32,000 nt of DNA from Phycisphaera mikurensis NBRC 102666. Its GTDB lineage: Bacteria > Planctomycetota > Phycisphaerae > Phycisphaerales > Phycisphaeraceae. Made by a program: the position numbers and the translations under genes. Where the stretch lies: assembly GCF_000284115.1 (NCBI RefSeq), contig NC_017080.1:2520001-2552000 (forward strand). Direction: 5' to 3'. Positions 1-9,000 of the stretch are shown in pieces (within the stretch, counting starts at the first letter, position 1; every line of letters starts with the position of its first letter). The notes beneath the pieces were generated by a model, which worked only from the letters and a program-made list of their open reading frames with translations, made no database searches and was not told where the DNA came from.

Positions 1-1
1 G

Positions 2-910
2 AGCCTGATCGACGCGGGCATCCACTTCGGCCACCGCGCCAACTCGTGGAACCCGAAGATGACGCCGTACATCTTCGGCAAGCGGAACCGCATCCACATC
101 ATCGACGTGAAGGAGACCATCAAGGGCCTCCTGCTGGCCCGCAAGTTCATCACCAAGGAAGTCGCGGCCGGCAAGGACGTGCTCTTCGTGGGCACGAAGC
201 GCCAGGCCCGCTCGATCGTGGAGAGCCACGTCAAGGAGTGCGGGATGCACTACGTGACGGAGCGCTGGCTCGGCGGCACGCTGACGAACTTCTCAACGAT
301 CCGCCAGCGCCTCAAGCGTCTCGAGGAGCTCGAGCAGCTCGAGGAATCCGGTGAGATCGCCAACTACTCCAAGAAGATGGAGGCGACGCTTAACCGGGAG
401 AAGTCCAAGATCAAGCGGAACCTCGAGGGCATCCGCAACATGGGGAAGCTACCCGGCCTCATGGTCATCATCGACGTGAACGCCGAGCAGAACGCCGTGA
501 AGGAAGCCCGCAAGCTGGGCATCCCGATCGTGGCCCTGCTCGACACCGACTCCAACCCCGACGACGCCGACATCGCCATCCCCGGCAACGACGACGCGAT
601 GCGGGCGATCGAGATCGTCGTCGATCAACTCGCCCGGGCCGCCAACGAGGGCCGCGGCAAGCGGCCGCAGTCGGCGCCCTCGGCCGAGGGCATGGTCGAC
701 GGCGACGGCAACCAGGCCCCGGGCGATCCCCGCGGCCCCAAGGGCCCGGGCGGCCGCCGCAGCAACCGCGCCCAGTTCAGCGCGAAGGACACGCCCGGCG
801 AGACGGCCGAGGAGGCCCAGGGCGGCACCGCCGCCGAGCCGATCGACGACGGCAAGGTCGACGGCGCAACCGCCGACAAGCCGGCTCATCAGCCCGCCGC
901 GACGGTCTGA
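2..910 (+). CDS. rpsB: 30S ribosomal protein S2 (uS2), 5' end outside window, with long low-complexity C-terminal extension
   Basis: In-frame from base 2: SLIDAGIHFGHRANSWNPKMTPYIFGKRNRIHIIDVKET...VGTKRQARSIV...NYVTERWLGGTLTNF-type S2 signature; followed by tsf as is typical. Confidence 0.97.
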   Translation, partial: SLIDAGIHFGHRANSWNPKMTPYIFGKRNRIHIIDVKETIKGLLLARKFITKEVAAGKDVLFVGTKRQARSIVESHVKECGMHYVTERWLGGTLTNFSTIRQRLKRLEELEQLEESGEIANYSKKMEATLNREKSKIKRNLEGIRNMGKLPGLMVIIDVNAEQNAVKEARKLGIPIVALLDTDSNPDDADIAIPGNDDAMRAIEIVVDQLARAANEGRGKRPQSAPSAEGMVDGDGNQAPGDPRGPKGPGGRRSNRAQFSAKDTPGETAEEAQGGTAAEPIDDGKVDGATADKPAHQPAATV

Positions 911-946
911 GCCCCGGACGCTGCCGAGTCTGAACCCCAAGCATCC

Positions 947-982
947 GCCGCGGGCCCGGTCGACGCCGGGCCGGCGGCTTTT
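947..982 (+). terminator. Rho-independent-like hairpin between rpsB and tsf
   Basis: GCCGCGGGCCCGG tcgacg CCGGGCCGGCGGC followed by TTTT: 13 positions pair (947-959 with 966-978) with one mismatch, then a T run at 979-982. Confidence 0.6.
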
Positions 983-1033
983 CTGCCGCAGGGCAGAGCC
1001 TTCCCACGAACCCCAAGACAGGAGTCCCTCCCC

Positions 1034-1858
<825 letters not shown>

Positions 1859-2148
1859 GGACGGGGCCGTCGCGGGTCGATGCTTCTCACGAGCAGGACC
1901 GACCGCAGATGCCCGCAGATCGAAGGGCAGATGGAAGGGCAGGTGGGAGAGCAGATGAGATGAAGCAGGCCTCCTCGGAGCTCCCGCTGCAGTCCGTCCC
2001 CCCTCCTCGATCTCGGAGGTTGAAGCAGTCGTCCGAGCCTTGCGGCTGCTCCAACCGCGGCGGGATGCTCGGGTCTGGTCTGCTCTTTGCTCGGCGTGCA
2101 TCTGCGGCACCGTCCCGTGCACGCTCAGAGCGCCGGTAGTCTTCCGAC

Positions 2149-3090
2149 GTGAGTGACAACGCCCCAACAGAGCCGCTGGAGACCGCCGATCCGCTGTCGG
2201 CGTACGCCAATCGGTACGTGTGGATCGACGGCGACCTGAAGCCGGCCGCGGAGGCGACGGTCAGCGTGTTCGACCACGGCGTGCTCTACGGGGACGGGGT
2301 CTTCGAGGGCATCCGCTTCTACGGCGGCCGCGTGCTCAAGCTCAGGACGCACGTGGCGCGGCTGTTCGAGTCGGCGCGGGCGATCCGGTTGGCGTTGCCG
2401 TACACGCCGGAGCAGCTGGAGGAGGCGACGCGGCGGACGGTCGCGAAGAACGCGCTCTCCGACGGCTACATCCGCCTGGTGGCGACCCGCGGCGCAGGAA
2501 CGCTGGGCCTGAACCCCTTCCAGTGCCCGCGCCCCTGCGTCTACATCATCGCCGCGAGCATCCAGCTCTATCCGGCGTCGCTCTACGAGACGGGCTTGGA
2601 GGTGGTGAGCAGCTCGGTGATGCGGAACCACCCGCAGGCGCTCTCGCCGCGGATCAAGAGCCTCAACTACCTCAACAACATCCTCGCGAAGATCGAGGCG
2701 ATCGACCGGGGCGTGCTGGAGGCGGTGATGTACAACCCCACCGGCCACGTGGCGGAATGCACCGGCGACAACGTCTTCCTCGTCCGCGAGCGCGACGGCG
2801 AGCGCGTGCTGTTCACCCCGCCGCTGTCGGCGGGGGCGCTGGAGGGCATCACGATGAACCTGGTGATCCGCCTCGCCCAGGAAGCGGGCTTCGCCGTCGT
2901 CCGCGAGAACCTCACCCGCCACGACCTCTACACCGCGGAAGAGTTCTTCCTGACCGGCACCGCGGCGGAAGTCATCCCCGTGAAGAGCATCGACGGCCGC
3001 GTCATCGGCGACGGGAGCCCCGGGCCGATCACGCGGAAGCTCATCGCGGCCTTCCGCAAGCTGATCGCCGACGGGGTGCCGGAGGATTGA
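2149..3090 (+). CDS. ilvE: Class IV PLP aminotransferase, branched-chain amino acid aminotransferase type
   Basis: GTG start; VFDHGVLYGDGVFEGIRFYGGRVLKLRTHVARLFESARAI, RIKSLNYLNNILAKIEA, EEFFLTGTAAEVIPV motifs of BCAT/class IV aminotransferases. Confidence 0.9.
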   Translation: MSDNAPTEPLETADPLSAYANRYVWIDGDLKPAAEATVSVFDHGVLYGDGVFEGIRFYGGRVLKLRTHVARLFESARAIRLALPYTPEQLEEATRRTVAKNALSDGYIRLVATRGAGTLGLNPFQCPRPCVYIIAASIQLYPASLYETGLEVVSSSVMRNHPQALSPRIKSLNYLNNILAKIEAIDRGVLEAVMYNPTGHVAECTGDNVFLVRERDGERVLFTPPLSAGALEGITMNLVIRLAQEAGFAVVRENLTRHDLYTAEEFFLTGTAAEVIPVKSIDGRVIGDGSPGPITRKLIAAFRKLIADGVPED

Positions 3091-3152
3091 GCCCGCGCGG
3101 GGGCAACCCCCCGCTCGGTCGCGAAGGCGCGAAGGGAAGCAGGGGCGAGAAT

Positions 3153-3180
3153 GGCCCCGGCCCCGGCCCCGGCCCCGGCC
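3153..3180 (+). repeat. Short hexanucleotide repeat (GGCCCC)x4 plus partial
   Basis: Reads ggccccggccccggccccggccccggcc in the ilvE-truD intergenic region. Confidence 0.85.
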
Positions 3181-3337
3181 GGACCGCGGATCGCCGGCTC
3201 CGAGGGCTTCATTCCGACACGGTCCGCGGAGGTTGTCGCGCATCCGCGCGGCGCGGGCCAGAGGGCGGGGCTCGCTCCCGCTCCCTCCGCGCCTTCCGCT
3301 CCTGCGCGACGCGCGGAGCGCTGCTCCCGAAACGCTC

Positions 3338-4657
3338 ATGAATGCGAATCCCTCCCACGTCCCGATGCTGACCGCCGACCTGCCCGGGACCGGGGGGGTC
3401 CTCAAGGAGCGGCCCGAGGACTTCACGGTCGACGAGCAGCCGCTGTACGAGCCCTCGGGCGCGGGCGAGCACCTGTACCTGTTCGTGGAGAAGCGGGAGG
3501 CGACGACGGCGCAGGCGATCAAGGCGGTGGCGAAGGCCTTCCGCGTGCCGCAGCGGGCGATCGGGCACGCGGGGCTCAAGGACAAGCACGCGGTGACGCG
3601 GCAGCACCTCTCGGTGTGGCTGCCGGGCCCGCCGGACCCGACCGCGGAGGAGGCCTGCATCGCCCGGGTGAACCACCACCCCAAGCTGCACGTGCACTGG
3701 GCGGAACGGCACGGGAACAAGCTGAGGCGTGGGCACCACGGCGGCAACCGCTTCGGCATCAAGATCCGCGGCGTGGGACCGGCGGCGGTGCTGCGGGCCC
3801 GGCCGATCCTCGACCGGATCGCCGAGCGGGGGCTGCCCAACGCGGTGGGGCCGCAGCGCTTCGGCTTCCGCGGGAACGCCCACACGCTCGGGAAGCTCCT
3901 GCTCCAGAACGACCCGGACGCCTTCCTCGCGGAGCTGCTCGGCGTGGACGGCGTGCAGGAGAATCCGCGGCTGACCGCGGCGCGGGCGGCCTACCGGCGT
4001 GGCGATCTCGTCGCGGCGATTGAGGGATGGCCCAAGAGCCTGCCGCACGAGCGGCAGGCGCTGGACAACCTGCGGCAGGGGCACACGCCCGAGCGTGCCG
4101 TCCGGGCCCTCGCGCGGACGCAGCGGGACTTCCTCGCGTCGGCGCTGCAATCGGCGGTGTTCAACCGCGTGCTCGCCCGCCGGCTGAACGCGGGCACGTG
4201 GGACCGGCTCATCGACGGCGATCTCGCATGGAAGCACGAGAACCGGGCGACCTTCCCGGTGGACGCGGCGGTGGCGGCGACCGAGAACGCCGAAGGCGGA
4301 CGCGTCGGCGGGTTCGCCGTCTCGCCTTCGGGCCCGCTGCCCGGGCCGGACTGCCAGCCGGCGGAGCGGGAGGCGTTGGCGGTGGAGGACGCGGCCCTCG
4401 CCGAGCTGGATCTGGAGCGGTCGCTCTTCGACGGCGGGACCCCGCTCGCGGACGCGGGCGGCGCCCGGCGGCCGCTGCGGGTGCCGGTGGGCGACGTCAC
4501 GTACGCGGCGGGCGGCGACGAGCACGGGCCCTACCTGTCGGTCAGCTTCGAGCTCGGCCGCGGCGTCTACGCGACGGCCGTCATGGCCGAGGTGATGAAG
4601 AACGCCGAGCCGGGCGGCGAGAGCGGCGTCGCCGCTCAGCTCTCGCAGCCAGCCTGA
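3338..4657 (+). CDS. truD: tRNA pseudouridine(13) synthase TruD
   Basis: VLKERPEDFTVDEQPLYEPSGAGEHLYLFVEKREATTAQAI, AIGHAGLKDKHAVTRQHLSV (TruD catalytic motif), NRFGIKIRG, GPQRFGFRGNAHTLGKLL. The supplied ORF opens at 3233; the ATG at 3338 is a more plausible start. Confidence 0.92.
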   Translation: MNANPSHVPMLTADLPGTGGVLKERPEDFTVDEQPLYEPSGAGEHLYLFVEKREATTAQAIKAVAKAFRVPQRAIGHAGLKDKHAVTRQHLSVWLPGPPDPTAEEACIARVNHHPKLHVHWAERHGNKLRRGHHGGNRFGIKIRGVGPAAVLRARPILDRIAERGLPNAVGPQRFGFRGNAHTLGKLLLQNDPDAFLAELLGVDGVQENPRLTAARAAYRRGDLVAAIEGWPKSLPHERQALDNLRQGHTPERAVRALARTQRDFLASALQSAVFNRVLARRLNAGTWDRLIDGDLAWKHENRATFPVDAAVAATENAEGGRVGGFAVSPSGPLPGPDCQPAEREALAVEDAALAELDLERSLFDGGTPLADAGGARRPLRVPVGDVTYAAGGDEHGPYLSVSFELGRGVYATAVMAEVMKNAEPGGESGVAAQLSQPA

Positions 4658-5298
4658 CCGAGGTAGTTGCGTGGCGACGCCACGCTGTCCGGGTCGCGAT
4701 CCGGCTCCTTCGCGCACAAGCAGACAGAGCGGCGTCGCCGCTCAGCTCTCGCAGCCAGCCTGGCCGCGGTAGCTGCGTGGCGACGCCACGCTGTCCGCGT
4801 CGCGACCCGGCTCCTTCGCGCACAAGCCAGACAGAGCGGCGTCGCCGCTCAGCTCTCGCAGCCAGCCTGGCCGCGGTAGCTGCGTGGCGACGCCACGCTG
4901 TCCGGGTCGCGATCCAGCTTCTTCGCGCACAAGCAGACAGAGCGGCGTCGCCGCTCAGCTCTCGAAGCCAGCCCTTGGCCGCGGTAGCTGCGTGGCGACG
5001 CCACGCTGTCCGGGTCGCGATCCAGCTTCTTCGCGCACAAGCAGACAGAGCGGCGTCGCCGCTCAGCTCTCGAAGCCAGCCCTTGGCCGCGGTAGCTGCG
5101 TGGCGACGCCACGCTGTCCGGGCCGCGATCCAGCTCCTTCGCGCACAAGCAGACAGAGCGGCGTCGCCGCTCAGCTCTCGGAGCCAGCCTGGCCGCGCTA
5201 GCTGCGTGGCGACGCCACGCTGTCCGAGTCGCGATCCGGCTCCTTCGCGCACAAGGCAGACAGAGCGGCGTCGCCGCTCCGCTCTCGCAGCCAGTCTG
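4621..5298. repeat. Tandem array of ~107-bp units (6 full copies plus 1 partial), each with two 17-nt odd palindromes
   Basis: Core GAGCGGCGTCGCCGCTC begins at 4621, 4727, 4834, 4940, 5048, 5156 and 5263 (unit lengths 106, 107, 106, 108, 108, 107). Each full unit also carries GCGTGGCGACGCCACGC. Confidence 0.97.
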
Positions 5299-5453
5299 TT
5301 TGCGATTGCGGCCCGTTCGATCGACTTTCGACGTCTTGGGCGTCGCGTCAACCGGTCGCCGCTCTCCACCAATCCGAGGGGCTTCCCGTCAGCCAGGCTG
5401 CGCGCCGCGTTTCGGTGGACCGGTGGAGAGGCCGTGCCCGGTAACCCGCGGCG

Positions 5454-5846
5454 TCAGCCCACCGTGGTCCCGGGCGGCAGGTCGCCGTCGAAGCCGGCGA
5501 GCCGGAGGTCGTCGCCGTCGCCGCCGGCGAGCAGCATGCCGTTGCTCATCTGCCCCCGGATCTTCCGCGGGGCGAGGTTGGCGACGATGACGATCTGCCG
5601 GCCGACGAGGGCCGCGGGCTCGAACCTGCCCCGGATGCCGGCGCAGATCTGGCGGGTTTGGCCCTCGCCGGCGTCGACCTGCAGCACGAGCAGGCGGTCG
5701 GCGTCGGGGTGCTCGGCGGCCTCGCGGATGGTCGCGACGCGCAGGTCGAGCTTGAGGAAGTCCTCGAAGCTGGCTTCTAGCTTGATCGCGGGCGGGGCGG
5801 GGGCGGCCTCGGCGGGCGTGGCGGTGTCGGGCGGCGTCTCGGGCAT
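5454..5846 (-). CDS. Standalone tRNA-binding domain protein (MetRS beta subunit / EMAP-II / Trbp-like OB fold)
   Basis: IKLEASFEDFLKLDLRVATIREAAEHPDADRLLVLQVDAGEGQTRQICAGIRGRFEPAALVGRQIVIVANLAPRKIRGQMSNGMLLA is the classic C-terminal MetRS tRNA-binding domain. Confidence 0.92.
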   Translation of the reverse strand: MPETPPDTATPAEAAPAPPAIKLEASFEDFLKLDLRVATIREAAEHPDADRLLVLQVDAGEGQTRQICAGIRGRFEPAALVGRQIVIVANLAPRKIRGQMSNGMLLAGGDGDDLRLAGFDGDLPPGTTVG

Positions 5847-6007
5847 GGGGGCTTGGGCCTCGGGGGCGGGCGGAGCGGGTCGACCTTATCGGCATCGGCG
5901 CGGCCCGGATCTACGCTAGGGCCCTCCAAGGGGCCTCCCGCCACCCGCAAGCCCGCCCGGAGGCGGAACGGTGCCGGGGGGCCCCAAGGCCGTGCCGACC
6001 GCTTCCG

Positions 6008-9000
6008 ATGCAGCCGCCCGCCCCCGCTCCCGCCGCCCCGGAAGACGCGCCCGCCCGGCGGCGACGCTGGCCGCGCCGCCTCGCCTGGTCGGCGTTGACG
6101 CTGGCAACGCTGGGGATCGTCGCGGCGTCGGTGCTCACGCGGCCCGCGGTGCTCACGCCGCTGGTGCGGGGCCAGCTGGCCGGCGCGTTGCGGGCGGAGG
6201 TGGCGCTGGACCGGGCGACGCTGAGCCTCGGCGGCGTGCTCACGCTGCACGGGCTCGGCGTCGCCTTGCCCGAGGACGCGGTGCCCGAGGGCGAGCCCGA
6301 GGCGGCGGAGTACCGGCGGCTCCTGAACCTCAAGAGGCTGACGCTCCGCATCGGGCGTCGGGACCTGCTCCGCGGGCGGGTGAACCTCGAGCGGATCGAG
6401 GTGGCCGGGCCGACGCTGCACGCGGTGCTGGAGGGGCCCGAGGGCACGTCGAACCTGCGGGCCTGGGCGGACCGCTTCCGCGACGGCCGGCCGCACGACG
6501 ACGACGGCGGGCCGGTGGTTCTGCCCCCGGAGATCTTCGTGCGGGACGCGGCGCTGGAGCTGGTGCAGCTCGACGCCGGCGGCGCGCCCGGTGGCGTCGC
6601 CGAGGTGGTGGCGCGGCACCGATTGGGCTTCGACGGGACGGTCATCCCGCAGGGCACCGGCCTCGGCGCGAAGCTGGCCTTCGAGCTGACCGGCCGGGCG
6701 GCTCCGGGCTCGGCGGCCGCGCCGGGCACGGAGGTCTCGGGGAGCTGGACGCCCGCGCGGCAGGAGCTCGTGCTCTCGGTCGAACGGATGGACCTCGCGA
6801 GCCCGCTGGGCCTGCTGATGCCCCCCGCCGTCCGCGCGCTCTGGCGGGATCTGGACCCGGCCGGTGCGCTGCCGGCGCTCACGCTGGAGACGCGGCTGGA
6901 CCGCACCGGCACCGAGCGGCTGCAGCGGGCGCGGCTGGAGGTCGCCGGCCTGTCCTTCCGCCTGCCGCTCGCCTCGCTGGAGCTGCTGCCCGAGGGCGAG
7001 TCGCAGCGGGACGCGCCGCGGATGTCCAGCGTCAGCGGGAGCGTGGTGCTCGAGGACGGCCGCATCGCGAGCGACGGCCTCTCCGGGCAGATCGAGGGCA
7101 TCCGGGTGCGGATCGCCGGATCGGCCGACTTGGAGGAGGGCGGCGGCGTTGCGCTGGTGGCGGAGACGGAGCCCTTCGAGGTGCCGGCGACGCCGCCGCT
7201 GCTCTTCCGCCTGCCGGGGTTGATCTCGCAGATCTACGAGGAGTACCGGCCCTCGGGCCGCTTCGCGGCGCGGGTGGAGGTGACGCGGGAGGCCGGCGGC
7301 CCCGTGGGCATCGACGGCCGCGTCCGGGCGATCGACGCGCGTGCCGTCTTCCACGCCTTCCCTTTCCCGCTGCAGGGCCTGGAGGGCGAGCTGCTGCTCG
7401 ACCGCGACACGCTGCGGATCCGCGGGCTCTCCGCGAGCGGCCCCACCGGCGGCCGCGTCGTGCTCGACGGCGACATCACCCAGCCCGGCCCGGACGCGGG
7501 CATCGACCTGAGCATCCGCGTAGAAGACGTGCCGCTGGACGCCACGCTGCTCGCGGCGATGGACCCGGACCTCCGCGAGCGGATCCGCGGGTTCTTCGAC
7601 GCCGCTTCGGCGCAGCGGCTGGCCGACGCCTCGCCGGAGGCGGAAGCGCCCTTCGATCCCGGCGGCCGGCTCCGCGGCGTGGTGCGGGTGCTGCGCGACA
7701 CGGCGATCCGGCCGAGGAGCTGGATCGAGCTGGACCTCGATCCCGAGGGCCTCCGCGTGATGCTGCCCGAGTTCGCTTACCCGCTGACGGTCCGCTCGGG
7801 GAGCGTCCGCACGGGGGCTGAGGAGGTCCGGCTGAACGACCTCGTCGTCACCGGGCCCACCGGGGGCGCCGGGGTCATCCGCGGCCGTGTGGGGCTGGGC
7901 GAGGCGGACCGGCCCGCGCGGATCGACATCCGGCTCGTGGACTTCTCGCTGCCGGTGGACCGGCACCTGCTCGGCGCGCTCGACGCCGACGCCGCCGCGT
8001 GGTTGCGGCGGCTGGGCGTCCGGGGCCGGATCGTGGGGGGCGGGCTGGTGGGTTCCGCGGCCGTGCGGCCGCGGGCGGGCGATCCCAGCCCGGCGGAGCC
8101 GGTCGACGCGGAGCGGCTGAGGCTCCAGCTGGACCTGCGGCTGGTCGACGGGCGCGCCGGGCTGTGGGGGAACGAGGCGACGCTGACCGGGCTGGAGGCG
8201 GAGGCGCGGGTGACGCGGGACGTGCTGCGTCTCGACCGGCTGCGTGCGGACTGGCCCGGCGGCGGGAGCTTCACCGGCGAGGGCCGCATCGAGATCCCCA
8301 GCGGCCGCCTGCGGCTCGACATCGAGGCGGACGACGTGCGCTTCGACGCGGCGGTGGCCCGCATGATCCCCCCGGAGTCGCCGGCGCGGGCGGCGGCGCT
8401 GGACTTCTTCGCGACCTACGACCTGAGCGGAACGGCCGACGGCAACCTCTTGCTGCGGACACGCGACGCGGCGGGCGACGGGGAAGCAACCCTCGACGTC
8501 GCCCTCGACGTCCGGCCGACGGCGGTGGCGGCCCGCTACGGCGGCCGCCGGGTCGCTATCGGCGCGGTCACCGGCCGCGTCGCGATCGACGAGGACGCCG
8601 CGACGCTCGCCGGCCTCTCCGGTGCAACGCCCACCGGCAGCGTCGGCGTCTCCGGGCGTGTGCCCTTCAACGAGGTCGACCCGGCGTGGCTGCGGATCGA
8701 TGCGCAAGGCGACACCGCCGACCCGGTCCTGCTCGCCTTCACGCCGGCCGCGGTGCGGGACGCCGCCGCGGGCGTCGGGCTCGGCGGCGGGGTGCGGCTC
8801 GAGGACGCGACGCTGCGGCTGGGCCCGACGCCGGCCGACGCCCCGCCGGACGCGACGCTCCCGTTCGCCTTCGAGGGCGGCGTGGTGCTCACCGACGCGA
8901 CGGCCACGCTGGGCGTGCCGATCGCGGAGGCCGGCGTCGCCGCACGGGTGCGTGCGGTGGGCGGGGGCGCGGAGCCCTGGCCCGACATCAAGCTCCTGGT

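Noticed and set aside
3100-3337. Repeated ACCGCGGA/TCCGCGGA words upstream of truD as a possible fifth palindrome copy
   Set aside because: Only the self-palindromic CCGCGG core is shared; the flanks do not match the family arms.
4621-5298. Possible CRISPR array because of regularly spaced palindromic repeats
   Set aside because: The whole 106-108 bp unit is homologous from copy to copy; there are no unique spacers and no cas genes nearby.
4581-5372. ORFs on both strands encoding repeats such as ERRRRSVCL and SGVAAQLS
   Set aside because: They are translations of the 107-bp DNA repeat in several frames, with no domain signal and frame shifts between units (lengths not multiples of 3 in most units).
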